From Candidatus Kaiserbacteria bacterium (GTDB taxonomy: Bacteria > Patescibacteriota > Minisyncoccia > Phycocordibacterales > UBA2100): a stretch of DNA of 50,085 nt. Position 1 is the first letter of the stretch. Each line of letters starts with the position of its first letter. Of this stretch, positions 9,653 through 19,189 are shown in pieces. A program made the position numbers and the translations under genes. The notes under the pieces were generated by a model that was given only the letters and a program-made list of their open reading frames with translations, ran no database searches and was not told the origin of the DNA. The stretch covers positions 1 to 50,085 of the forward strand of contig JALWOZ010000025.1 in the NCBI GenBank assembly GCA_027083345.1, given 5' to 3'.

Positions 9653-10049
9653 TTTTTTTGGCAGTGTTTGAGAACCAACCATAACTAGGCTTAGGAGAAG
9701 GGTTGTCTTTAGAGCCTTTTGACGATATGTCCCCAGAAGATTCCATAGGTAGGACATGAACATGTGCGTGAGGCACATCCCAACCAGAGACAAACAGACC
9801 TACTTGAGGAGTTTTAAATATCTTTTTATATAGAGTCTTTAATTTCTTAACCACCAGCATTAAATTTGAATATTTGTTGTTAGGCATGTCTTCTACTGTG
9901 GTGTAATGTTCTTTGGGTATTACTAATGTATGCCCTTCTCTGGTAGGGTTTATGTCTAAAAAAGCAAGAGAGTCTTCGTCTTCGTAAACTTTGTGGGCAG
10001 GGATCTCACCTGATACTATTTTACAAAATATACAATCATCCTTTTTCAT
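9636..10049 (-). CDS. HIT family nucleotide hydrolase
   Basis: DCIFCKIV, FLDINP, GHTLVIPKEH, VPHAHVHVLP triad. Confidence 0.95.
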   Translation of the reverse strand: MKKDDCIFCKIVSGEIPAHKVYEDEDSLAFLDINPTREGHTLVIPKEHYTTVEDMPNNKYSNLMLVVKKLKTLYKKIFKTPQVGLFVSGWDVPHAHVHVLPMESSGDISSKGSKDNPSPKPSYGWFSNTAKKITQEL

Positions 10050-10083
10050 TATATGTTAGTATAGCATATACCCACAGTTCTAT

Positions 10084-11796
10084 ATGACATACTCAGATAT
10101 ACTGTTAACATTATTAAAACAAAGAGGCTTAGTGGCCACTAAGGAGATAGAGAGCTTTTTGCATCCTTCATATGAGAAGCATACTCATGATCCGTTCTTG
10201 ATGAAGGATATGGGTAAAGCAGTGAACAGGATTTTAGAGGCTATAAGTAAGAATGAGAAGGTGGTTATATACAGTGATTTTGATGCCGATGGTATACCGG
10301 CCGGAGTACTTTTATATGACTTTTTTAAAAAGATTGAGTTTACTAATTTTAGTAATTACATACCACATAGAGATACAGAGGGTTACGGTTTTCATGCGGA
10401 GGTTGTAGAAAAATCAGCAAAAGAAAGAGTTGATCTAATAATTACTGTAGATGTTGGTATTACGGCAATTGAAGCTGTTGAATTGGCTAATCAGCTTGGA
10501 GTAGACGTAATTATTACAGATCACCATGAACCTAAAGAGCAGGTGCCAAAAGCTGTTGCCGTACTTAACCCAAAGCAAAAAGATTGTAATTATCCATTTG
10601 ATGAGCTTTGTGGAGCTGGAGTGGCATATAAGTTGGTGCAGGCCATTATTTTACAAGTTCGTGAGTCAGTTGAGACGAAGCATGGTGTGCATACTTGCTT
10701 CGTCTCCAATATTATGAGTATGCCTGAGGGCTGGGAGAAGTGGTTATTGGATTTAGTAGCAATAGCTACAGTGGCAGACATGGTGCCCCTTACAGGAGAA
10801 AATCGCGCATTGGTACGTTGGGGTCTTTATGTCTTACATAAGAGTAAGAGACCGGGTATACAAGCACTGTGCAATAAGTTGCGTATAAACCAACGGCTCT
10901 TAGATGAGAACGATATTGGGTTCTCTATAGGGCCTCGCATAAATGCTTCTAGTCGTATGGGGTGTCCAGATGATGCATTTAAATTATTGTCTACTATAGA
11001 TTCTATGGAGGCAGAACATTTAGCCAATAAATTAGAAAGCTTAAATAATAAACGTAAGGGCAGAGTAGCATCTATGGTAAAGAAGATAAATTCTAAGGTA
11101 GAAGCCATGCAAGAATTTGGAGATCTACCGAATGTTTTAGTTGTGGGAGACCCTTTGTGGAGTCCGGCTTTAGTTGGTTTGGTTGCAGGTAGTTTGGCAG
11201 ATAGGTTGGGTAAAGTCGTGTGCGTGTGGGGGAGAGAGGGTACAGGCGTTCTCAAAGGATCGTGCCGTAGTGGAGACGGCACGAGTATAGTTAATATGTT
11301 TGAGAAGTCCGGTGATACATTACTTTACTTTGGTGGACATAATGCGGCCGGAGGTTTTGCGGTTGGGGACGATAATATACATACACTGGGAGAAGTCTTT
11401 TCTAAATCGGTAGACTCTGGGTCAAATATGGTAGTAACCTCTAAAGCGGATATTATACCAGATGCCGATTTAACTTTGAGTAAGGTTAATATTAAAACTC
11501 TTAAAGAGTTTAAGTTACTTGCACCATTTGGGGTTGGGAATCCTAAGCCGGTTTTTGCTTTTAGAGATGTAGAAGTCATATCTATAAGACATTTTGGCAA
11601 AGAGCAGAATCATATAGAAATATTTGTTAAAGATGCTTCTGGGGCATCACGTAAGGCAAGTAAGTTTTTTGCCAATTCTGATAGTTTCAATAGTAGTTTT
11701 AAAGAGGGTAACGTAGTTACCTTGCTAGCAAATTTGGAGGAGAGTAGTTTTGCTGGTAGACGCAGTTTAGAATTGCGTATTGTTGATATATTGTGA
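10084..11796 (+). CDS. recJ: ssDNA-specific exonuclease RecJ
   Basis: DFDADG, ITVDVG, TDHH, GPRINASSR, FGGHNAAGG, LAPFGVGNPKP. Confidence 0.97.
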   Translation: MTYSDILLTLLKQRGLVATKEIESFLHPSYEKHTHDPFLMKDMGKAVNRILEAISKNEKVVIYSDFDADGIPAGVLLYDFFKKIEFTNFSNYIPHRDTEGYGFHAEVVEKSAKERVDLIITVDVGITAIEAVELANQLGVDVIITDHHEPKEQVPKAVAVLNPKQKDCNYPFDELCGAGVAYKLVQAIILQVRESVETKHGVHTCFVSNIMSMPEGWEKWLLDLVAIATVADMVPLTGENRALVRWGLYVLHKSKRPGIQALCNKLRINQRLLDENDIGFSIGPRINASSRMGCPDDAFKLLSTIDSMEAEHLANKLESLNNKRKGRVASMVKKINSKVEAMQEFGDLPNVLVVGDPLWSPALVGLVAGSLADRLGKVVCVWGREGTGVLKGSCRSGDGTSIVNMFEKSGDTLLYFGGHNAAGGFAVGDDNIHTLGEVFSKSVDSGSNMVVTSKADIIPDADLTLSKVNIKTLKEFKLLAPFGVGNPKPVFAFRDVEVISIRHFGKEQNHIEIFVKDASGASRKASKFFANSDSFNSSFKEGNVVTLLANLEESSFAGRRSLELRIVDIL

Positions 11797-11840
11797 TTAT
11801 GTTATCGTATATATACTTATAAGGTTTAATATATAGACTT

Positions 11841-12524
11841 ATGGATACAAATAATAACAAAGACAAGAAAGAGGTAACAGCGAATTTAAGATCTCCTAAA
11901 AAAGCTAGTTTAAATGCTCAAGAGGCGGTGAAAATAGGGTGGGAGGCTTTTAAAGAACACCCGTGGTTGTCTATCGGTGTTCTTATATTTTCGCAAGTTT
12001 TATCGGTTGGCTTTAACTTTATCTTAACAAATGTTAATGGTGTGTATGAGAGTTTTGCAATGGGTCCTGTTGCAATGGTAACAAATCAGTTGATATCTGT
12101 GTATGTAGCTATGGTAATGATCTATGCTTTTTTAAGAATGTATGACAATAAGGATGTTAACTTGGGTAACATATTGTTGTCTTGGCGTAAATTTGTGAAT
12201 TATTTTTTGGTTACTATTTTAGTAGGAGTGGCGGTGTTGATTGGCTTTATGTTACTTATCATACCAGGTGTTATATTGTCATTTAAATTATCTCTGGCTC
12301 CTTACCTGGTTATAGACAGAGACATGGGCCCAATAAATGCTATTAAGGAGAGTTGGAGGTTAACAAAGGGTAACATAGGTTATCTCTTAAGCTTAGCTAT
12401 ACTTTTATTGGGAGTAAATTTATTAGGATTATTAGCATTGGTGGTTGGACTCGTTGTGTCTATTAGTGTATCTTTTTATGCTGGTATACATGCGTACCGC
12501 ACCATATTAAAGACTAATGAGTAA
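11841..12524 (+). CDS. Integral membrane protein (DUF975-like)
   Basis: Several TM helices; LLIIPGVI...PYL...AIKESWRLTKG pattern. Confidence 0.7.
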   Translation: MDTNNNKDKKEVTANLRSPKKASLNAQEAVKIGWEAFKEHPWLSIGVLIFSQVLSVGFNFILTNVNGVYESFAMGPVAMVTNQLISVYVAMVMIYAFLRMYDNKDVNLGNILLSWRKFVNYFLVTILVGVAVLIGFMLLIIPGVILSFKLSLAPYLVIDRDMGPINAIKESWRLTKGNIGYLLSLAILLLGVNLLGLLALVVGLVVSISVSFYAGIHAYRTILKTNE

Positions 12525-12930
12525 CATAACTATATATACAGATGGAGGCGCTCGAGGCAATCCGGGTGTTGCTGGCGTAGGTGTTGTTATTTTGACTGGC
12601 ACAGGTGAGGTTTTAGTAGAGTTTAGTAAGTATTTGGGAGATAAGTTAACCAATAACTATGCAGAATATGAGGCAATATATTTGGCGTTGGAGAAGTGTA
12701 TTAAACTGGGGTTGCAGGATGCAGATGTTGAGTTTAAAGTGGACTCTAAATTGGCAGTAGAACAATTAAGTGGTAATTGGAAGGTTAAGGATGTTAATAT
12801 CAGAGAACAATTTAATAAAGTTAATAATCTTTTAGGACAATTTAAAAATGTTAAGTTTACTCATATACCAAGAGAGTTAAATAAGCGCGCAGATGCACTG
12901 GCTAATGAGGCTATGGATAGGCAAGTATAA
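12517..12930 (+). CDS. rnhA: Ribonuclease HI
   Basis: YTDGGARGNPG, TNNYAEYEA, DSKL, HIPRELNKRADALAN. Confidence 0.95.
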   Translation: MSNITIYTDGGARGNPGVAGVGVVILTGTGEVLVEFSKYLGDKLTNNYAEYEAIYLALEKCIKLGLQDADVEFKVDSKLAVEQLSGNWKVKDVNIREQFNKVNNLLGQFKNVKFTHIPRELNKRADALANEAMDRQV

Positions 12931-12974
12931 ATATGCTAACATTAAATTGATTATAAAGTATTAATATAGTAATT

Positions 12975-13400
12975 ATGAAGGGATTTATAAATGAGTTTAA
13001 GACGTTTTTGATAAAAGGTAATGTCATGGATATGGCTGTTGGCTTCATGTTTGGTGCGGCTTTTGCTACTGTAGTGAAGTCTCTAGTTAATAATATAATA
13101 ATGCCACCTATTGGGTTATTGTTGGGTAAGGTAGACTTCTCAGCATTGTATATATCTTTAGATGGTACACATTATGCTACACTCAAGGCGGCGGAGGCAG
13201 CTAGTGCGCCACTTATTAAATACGGAGTATTTATAAACGATGTGATAGGCTTTGTTATATTAGGCTTTGTCATCTTTATGATGATAAAGGGAGTAAATAA
13301 ACTCCAAGCAAAAAACGAAGAGGAGAAGAAAGAAGAGGCACCAAAAAAGAGTGATGAGGTTTTGTTGTTAGAGCAGATACGAGACGCTTTGGCTAAATAA
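12975..13400 (+). CDS. mscL: Large-conductance mechanosensitive channel
   Basis: EFKTFLIKGNVMDMAVG, IIMPPIG, LLEQIRD. Confidence 0.97.
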   Translation: MKGFINEFKTFLIKGNVMDMAVGFMFGAAFATVVKSLVNNIIMPPIGLLLGKVDFSALYISLDGTHYATLKAAEAASAPLIKYGVFINDVIGFVILGFVIFMMIKGVNKLQAKNEEEKKEEAPKKSDEVLLLEQIRDALAK

Positions 13401-14782
13401 TGCGAGCATCCTATATATACTCCGCTGTTTTTGGTTTTCTCTTGGGGATTTTGTGGCAAAGTGTACTTAATTTAAACACCACTTTTGTGGTGTTTTTGGT
13501 TATTTTAGGTTTTTTTCTTTTGGTTATATTACGTTTTAATAACAAAGGTATAGAAAGCATAATATTTATTGTGTTGGTAATATTTTCTATGGTTATTGGA
13601 GTTGTGCGTATGCAAGTAGCACAAGAGGTAAACAATAGCAACAAGAGCGCTCTTAATTATTTAGTAGGAGAGATTGTAGATTTTAAGGCTGTTATAGTTG
13701 ACGAGCCGGACAAAAGAGAGCGTAATATATTATTAACTGTTAAATCTGAGAGAGGGTTTAAGGTATTGGTTAAGGCAAGCGTTTATGGTAAATATAATTA
13801 TGGAGATACAATTAGGGTTGTAGGCAAGTTGGGGAGACCTCAAAATTTTATAAATAAAGACAATGGTAAGGAGTTTGATTATGTTGGTTACTTAGCTAAA
13901 GATGGAGTGCATTATATAATTAAAAGCTACAAGATTACCACCATCTCTGAGAGTAAGGGGTTCGACATTAAAGCTAGGTTATTTTCTATTAAACGCCGGT
14001 ATTTGGATAGTCTCAATAGCCTCATACCGGAGCCTCAATCTGCATTAGCTGGGGGAATCACAGTTGGATCAAGGCGTGCATTAGGTCAGGATTTAACAGA
14101 GGCGTTTAGGAATACAGGCTTAATACATATAGTGGTTTTATCCGGCTTTAACATTACGGTTATAATTATATTTTTATTAAGAGTGTTATCTTGGTTGCCC
14201 AGAGTTATCTCATACTCTTTTGTTGGTTTAATGGTTATATTATTCGCAATACTGACTGGTGCAGATGCTCCGGTCGTGAGGGCTAGTGCCATGGGGATAT
14301 TAGGAGTATTAGCTCTAACATTGAGAAGGACATATGCCATAACCCGGGCACTCATTATAGTTGCGTCTATTATGGTATTTTGGAATCCTTATATATTAGT
14401 TAAGGATATTGCCTTTCAGCTTTCTGTAGTGGCTACACTAGGTTTAATTTATATATCTCCACATATAACCTCTTGTTTGTCTAAGAAGTTGCCGTTTTGG
14501 CTAAGTGAGATAATAGGTACTACTATATCCGCACAAATAGCGGTGTCTCCTTTACTTTTGTTTTATATGAACAAATTAAGCGTAGTCGCGGTATTGGTAA
14601 ATGTTTTAGTATTACCAATCATACCCTTAGCTATGCTGGTCACTTTCTTAGCAGGGTTTATAGGGATGTTTTATACACCTATTGCATTACCGTTTGCTTT
14701 TGGTGCACATGTTATGCTCTCATATGTAATATGGGTAGTAGAGGTCTTTAATAAATTGCCATTTAGTACCTTATCTATATAG
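13400..14782 (+). CDS. comEC: ComEC membrane part (DUF4131/OB plus competence domain)
   Basis: GLIHIVVLSGFN, TGADAPVVRA, FQLS; lacks the MBL domain. Confidence 0.92.
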   Translation: MRASYIYSAVFGFLLGILWQSVLNLNTTFVVFLVILGFFLLVILRFNNKGIESIIFIVLVIFSMVIGVVRMQVAQEVNNSNKSALNYLVGEIVDFKAVIVDEPDKRERNILLTVKSERGFKVLVKASVYGKYNYGDTIRVVGKLGRPQNFINKDNGKEFDYVGYLAKDGVHYIIKSYKITTISESKGFDIKARLFSIKRRYLDSLNSLIPEPQSALAGGITVGSRRALGQDLTEAFRNTGLIHIVVLSGFNITVIIIFLLRVLSWLPRVISYSFVGLMVILFAILTGADAPVVRASAMGILGVLALTLRRTYAITRALIIVASIMVFWNPYILVKDIAFQLSVVATLGLIYISPHITSCLSKKLPFWLSEIIGTTISAQIAVSPLLLFYMNKLSVVAVLVNVLVLPIIPLAMLVTFLAGFIGMFYTPIALPFAFGAHVMLSYVIWVVEVFNKLPFSTLSI

Positions 14783-15365
14783 ATGTAAATCTATCTTCTA
14801 CGATATTCCAGTTAGTATTGTTTAGAAATGCATCAATGTAAGATCCTTTACCTGTTGTGCCGTAGTCTGGCATATATGCATGCTCCCATACGTCGAGTGC
14901 AAATATTATAGGGAGCGTTACGAAGTGTCCTTGATGTTGCTCACCGGTAAAGCCTATGTGGAATTGCTCACCCTGAACATCGTAGTAGAGTATTGCCCAT
15001 CCTGGGCCACGTAGGTTAGCTGTTGCCTTGAGTAGATTAATACAAGATTCTATAGAGCCGTATTGAGCTGTCAATGCTTGAGCTAGAGCAGAGTCGCTTG
15101 CAAGCTCACTCGCACCTCCCTCAAGCTGAGAGAAGTAGTACTCATGCAATCGCATACCACCAAACTCAAATGAGCGTCTACGGAGCAGTTCAGAGAGTTC
15201 GTGAGTCTTGCCCTCCTCGCTAGAGTATTGCTCGATAAGCTTTGAGATGGCATTAAAGTTAGCAACGTATCCGTTGTATAGGCCTATGTGCGCATTTATG
15301 CCGTCATCCGATAAGCCTTCAAGAGTTGGGATGTTAAATTCTTTTGCTGTGTAATCTTTAGTCAT
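14775..15365 (-). CDS. Fe/Mn superoxide dismutase family protein
   Basis: AHIGLYNGYV, LHEYYF, GPGWAIL, LDVWEHAY. Confidence 0.92.
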   Translation of the reverse strand: MTKDYTAKEFNIPTLEGLSDDGINAHIGLYNGYVANFNAISKLIEQYSSEEGKTHELSELLRRRSFEFGGMRLHEYYFSQLEGGASELASDSALAQALTAQYGSIESCINLLKATANLRGPGWAILYYDVQGEQFHIGFTGEQHQGHFVTLPIIFALDVWEHAYMPDYGTTGKGSYIDAFLNNTNWNIVEDRFTSI

Positions 15366-15428
15366 AGTATTAATAGTTATTTAATAATTAAGTTTTATTA
15401 TATTAATTATACAGTATATTTATATATT

Positions 15429-16316
15429 ATGCTCCTCAAATTTAATAGGAAGTTAATATACACATCAACAGTAGTAGTGCTGTTAATGGTAACAGCTTTT
15501 ATTTGGAATGTTGTATATGAGTTACAAGATAATATTTATTTGAAAGTGGCATTTCTAGATATTGGACAGGGTGATGCGATATTTATAGAGTCTCCGATTG
15601 GTGTGCAAGTACTTATAGATGGTGGGCGTGGAGATGAAATATTGAGAGAGCTGGCTAGAGTGATGCCTTTTTATGACAGGTCCATAAATTTGGTAATAGC
15701 TACGCACCCCGATTCAGATCATATCGGAGGATTGCCAACAGTTTTAAAAAGGTTTAGAGTTGATAAAATAATAAGACCAGGTGTGGCGCATAGTACTCCA
15801 GCTACAGAGTCCCTATTATTATCTATATCTAAGGAGAATAACAGTGGGACAAAAGAGATCTTAGCTCGTAGAGGGCAGGTATATGATTTAGGAGGGGGCG
15901 AGGCAGGCAGGGTGGAATTGCATATTTTATTCCCAGATAGGGACGTGAGTGATTTTGAGACAAATACAGCTTCTGTTGTAGCAAGGCTGACCTATGGAGA
16001 CACAAGTGTGATACTCACAGGCGACTCGCCGATAGCTATAGAGGAGTACCTCGTGAGTCTTGATGGTGCGGATTTACAAAGTGATATATTAAAGCTGGGT
16101 CACCATGGTAGCAAGACCAGTAGTAGTGATGCCTTCTTAGGGTTTGTGAATCCTCAGTGGGCAATAATCTCAGCTGGGAAAGATAATAAGTACGGGCATC
16201 CGCATAAGAGTGTGATGGATAAGGTTGCAAGATTCGGTATAACTCCGCTGAGTACAATAGATAAGGGCACAATAAAGTTTAGGAGTGACGGCAAGCAGTG
16301 GCAGTTGGTAAAATAA
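15429..16316 (+). CDS. ComEC-type metallo-beta-lactamase-fold nuclease (stand-alone)
   Basis: FLDIGQGDA, THPDSDHIGG, LTGD, LKLGHHGSKTSS, NKYGHPH; N-terminal TM helix. Confidence 0.92.
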   Translation: MLLKFNRKLIYTSTVVVLLMVTAFIWNVVYELQDNIYLKVAFLDIGQGDAIFIESPIGVQVLIDGGRGDEILRELARVMPFYDRSINLVIATHPDSDHIGGLPTVLKRFRVDKIIRPGVAHSTPATESLLLSISKENNSGTKEILARRGQVYDLGGGEAGRVELHILFPDRDVSDFETNTASVVARLTYGDTSVILTGDSPIAIEEYLVSLDGADLQSDILKLGHHGSKTSSSDAFLGFVNPQWAIISAGKDNKYGHPHKSVMDKVARFGITPLSTIDKGTIKFRSDGKQWQLVK

Positions 16317-16317
16317 T

Positions 16318-16340
16318 AGCTCGCGTTAGCGAGCTCTTTT
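16318..16340. terminator. Intrinsic terminator hairpin between convergent genes
   Basis: AGCTCGC-GTTA-GCGAGCT followed by CTTTTGTTT. Confidence 0.65.
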
Positions 16341-16373
16341 GTTTGATTTATTTAATGTAGTTGTGAGGTTGAG

Positions 16374-16616
16374 TTATATCAACCCTGCCTCCTTTAGCAC
16401 CTTGTATGCACCATTTTTGTTTATGTTTTTGATTGCTCTTGTCGAGAGAGTCAGGCGCTTGGTGATGCCAAGCTCTGGGATGAAGATACGCTTCTTCTGC
16501 AAGTTAACCTTGCGTCCACGCTTTCCAGTAGGGTTGAACTCAGTAGCACGCGTACGGTTGCTGTAGCCACCGCCTATTTGTGTCTTTTTCTTTGTTACTG
16601 GGCATGTCCTGCTCAT
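16374..16616 (-). CDS. rpmB: 50S ribosomal protein L28
   Basis: MSRTCPVTKKK...VNLQKKRIFIPE...LSTRAIK. Confidence 0.9.
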   Translation of the reverse strand: MSRTCPVTKKKTQIGGGYSNRTRATEFNPTGKRGRKVNLQKKRIFIPELGITKRLTLSTRAIKNINKNGAYKVLKEAGLI

Positions 16617-16786
16617 AATGGCGCTGAGTTTAACATAATGTTATACTCTATGCAATACAGTTAAAATATTAAAAGTTGAGGAAATAAATTATAAACCCGG
16701 GGCAGTGGGCGGCTAGGGATAGAGGGTCTATAATTTATTTGGGAGACTTTTATGGAGATATAAGAATTAGATAATATTTAAGAACA

Positions 16787-17413
16787 ATGAGTATAGACAC
16801 AATATTCCAAATTATAATTTTAATCTTTGCGGTAATAGTGCATGAGGTTTCTCACGGTGTCATGGCATATTATTTAGGAGATATGACAGCTAAGAGGGCG
16901 GGGAGACTCACACTCAACCCATTGCCACACATAGACATGCTAGGTTCAATAATATTGCCGGCACTTATGGTGCTCTCACATTCGCCGATACTCTTTGGTT
17001 GGGCTAAGCCTGTGCCGTATAACCCGTACAATCTGCGTAGGGGAGGTAGGTGGGCCGAGTCTCTCGTGGCCTTTGCTGGGCCACTTAGCAACTTTGTGCT
17101 GGCTATAATATTTGGCTTTGCAATAAGGTTTGGTATTGTGCCAACCGAGGCACTGAGCATAGCCTTTATAGCAGTATATATAAATGTACTATTAGGCATA
17201 TTTAACCTAATACCTATACCACCACTTGACGGCTCTAAGGTATTACCTAGCTTATTGCCACGCACACTGGCAGCTCAATATGCTCAGTTAACAGCATCAT
17301 TGCAGAGGAGTCCGTTTATAGGCTTTGGCTTTGTGTTAGTGCTAGTAATGCTATTTGGTTCAGTACTCAGCACAGCTGTATATGCTGTATCAAAGCTGAT
17401 AATAGGCATGTAG
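16787..17413 (+). CDS. Site-2 protease (M50 family)
   Basis: HEVSH, GRLTLNPLPHID, AGPLSN, FNLIPIPPLDG. Confidence 0.95.
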   Translation: MSIDTIFQIIILIFAVIVHEVSHGVMAYYLGDMTAKRAGRLTLNPLPHIDMLGSIILPALMVLSHSPILFGWAKPVPYNPYNLRRGGRWAESLVAFAGPLSNFVLAIIFGFAIRFGIVPTEALSIAFIAVYINVLLGIFNLIPIPPLDGSKVLPSLLPRTLAAQYAQLTASLQRSPFIGFGFVLVLVMLFGSVLSTAVYAVSKLIIGM

Positions 17414-17441
17414 TTGCACTGAGAGGAGTTATGTGTATAAT
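17414..17441 (+). promoter_or_regulatory. Sigma70-type promoter for the rplC block
   Basis: TTGCAC(17414-17419), 16 nt spacer, TATAAT(17436-17441). Confidence 0.55.
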
Positions 17442-17537
17442 ACCTGCACCTAAGTTCTTATGAGAGAACCAATGGGCTCAGATTACATTTTGCGTATGAT
17501 GGCCTATTGAAAGATAGGTTATTTTAATTTTCAAATA

Positions 17538-18170
17538 ATGAAGTTTGGTTTAGGGACAAAACAACGTATGACGCAAGTCTTTGATGAGAGTGGTAGAGTA
17601 CAAGCAGCTACCATAGTAAAATCTTTGCCTCTTACAGTAACAGCTTTTAAAGGCAGTGAGGAGGAAGGATACACATCTGTGCAAGTAGGAGCAGGAGAAA
17701 AAAATAAGAAGAATATAGTAAAGGCACAACAAGGACAATTTGGTAAATATGGAAATTTTGCTGTAATTAAAGAGGTGCGAGACGTTGATGCAGGAGAGCT
17801 TAAAGAGGGAGACAAGATAGAGGTAGACACCTTTAAGGTAGGCGATACTGTGCAAGTTAGTGCTATTAGTAAAGCCAAAGGTTTTCAAGGTGTAGTTAAA
17901 CGTCATGGATTCAAAGGGGGGCGCCGTAGTCATGGTAATAAGCATCAAGAGCGTACGCCTGGCTCAATAGGCGCAACAGGGCCAGCTAGGGTGTTTAAAG
18001 GAGTACGTATGGCAGGACGCATGGGAGGTGAGCGTGTCACAGTTAAGAATCTTAAGGTATTACAAATTGACAAAGATACCGATACATTAGTATTATCTGG
18101 AGCAATACCAGGACGCAGAGGTACTCTAATAGAGGTGCTAGGGGTTAAATCTGTAGATTCAAAAGAGTAA
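17538..18170 (+). CDS. rplC: 50S ribosomal protein L3
   Basis: KGFQGVVKRHGF, PGSIG, RMAGRMG, GAIPG. Confidence 0.98.
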   Translation: MKFGLGTKQRMTQVFDESGRVQAATIVKSLPLTVTAFKGSEEEGYTSVQVGAGEKNKKNIVKAQQGQFGKYGNFAVIKEVRDVDAGELKEGDKIEVDTFKVGDTVQVSAISKAKGFQGVVKRHGFKGGRRSHGNKHQERTPGSIGATGPARVFKGVRMAGRMGGERVTVKNLKVLQIDKDTDTLVLSGAIPGRRGTLIEVLGVKSVDSKE

Positions 18171-18175
18171 ATATT

Positions 18176-18847
18176 ATGAAAGTAGATATATATACAACAA
18201 AAGGTAAGAAGGATGGTACAGCCACTGTATCTGATATTGTATTCTCAGCTAAGAGCAATGACTCACTTGTGCACCAAGTAGTTGTTAGTATGCAGTCTAA
18301 TGCTCGTATCGCAATAGCTCATACAAAAGACAGGAGTGATGTACGCGGAGGAGGTAAAAAACCATGGAAGCAGAAGGGTACAGGGCGCGCACGTGTAGGC
18401 TCAAGCCGCTCTCCTATTTGGCGTGGAGGTGGAGTAACCTTTGGCCCAACCAAAGATCGTAATTTTAATAAAAAGATAAATTCAAAGATGAGAGCGACAG
18501 CTCTGTATACAGCTTTGTCAGATAAGTTGCGTGCTAATCAAGTATTGTTTGTAGATAAGTTGAGTATAGAGGTACCTAAAACAGCTACAGCTAAGGTTAT
18601 AATTGATGCAATTTCAAAAATAAAAGGCTTTGAGAGTGTAAATGCTAAGCATAATGCTCTGATAATCTTTACAGTTGACAAAGACGTTAATGCTATCAAG
18701 AGTTTTGCCAACTTTGGTAATATATCGGTTAAAGAAGTACGTAATGCAAACCCTATAGATGTGCTTACTCATAAAAATGTGATAATAGTAGATCCAGAGG
18801 CTTCAAGTGCCGTGCTTGAAAGTCGTGTAAATAAAGAAAATAAATAA
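18176..18847 (+). CDS. rplD: 50S ribosomal protein L4
   Basis: RGGGKKPWKQKGTGRAR, SPIWRGGG. Confidence 0.98.
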   Translation: MKVDIYTTKGKKDGTATVSDIVFSAKSNDSLVHQVVVSMQSNARIAIAHTKDRSDVRGGGKKPWKQKGTGRARVGSSRSPIWRGGGVTFGPTKDRNFNKKINSKMRATALYTALSDKLRANQVLFVDKLSIEVPKTATAKVIIDAISKIKGFESVNAKHNALIIFTVDKDVNAIKSFANFGNISVKEVRNANPIDVLTHKNVIIVDPEASSAVLESRVNKENK

Positions 18848-18849
18848 TT

Positions 18850-19179
18850 ATGGCAGATAATAGAAAACAAAAGAATACAGAAATAAACTTCTCTAATATG
18901 AAGGCTTCTGAGGTATTGTTGCGCCCTAGATTAACAGAGAAGGCCATAAGCATGATGGACAATGGAGTATATGTTTTTGATGTATCACCAAGAGCTAATA
19001 AGGTTATGGTTAAGAATGCAATAAATGCGGTATATAAGGTACAACCTGAGAAAATAACAATAACAAGTGTAAAATCTAAAAAGAAGAGAAATGCTAAAAC
19101 AGGTAAAATGGGTGTAAAGAGTGGAGGGAAAAAGGCGTATGTATACCTAAAGAATGGTGATAGCATCTCAATAATGTAA
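18850..19179 (+). CDS. rplW: 50S ribosomal protein L23
   Basis: PRLTEKA, YVFDV, KKAYVYLK. Confidence 0.95.
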   Translation: MADNRKQKNTEINFSNMKASEVLLRPRLTEKAISMMDNGVYVFDVSPRANKVMVKNAINAVYKVQPEKITITSVKSKKKRNAKTGKMGVKSGGKKAYVYLKNGDSISIM

Positions 19180-19189
19180 TAAATTTTTT

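Noticed and set aside
15890-15915. GAGGCAGGCAGG (GEAGR) in the ComEC MBL gene as a remnant of the truB-type repeat
   Set aside because: Only half the motif is present with no palindromic partner; too short to support.
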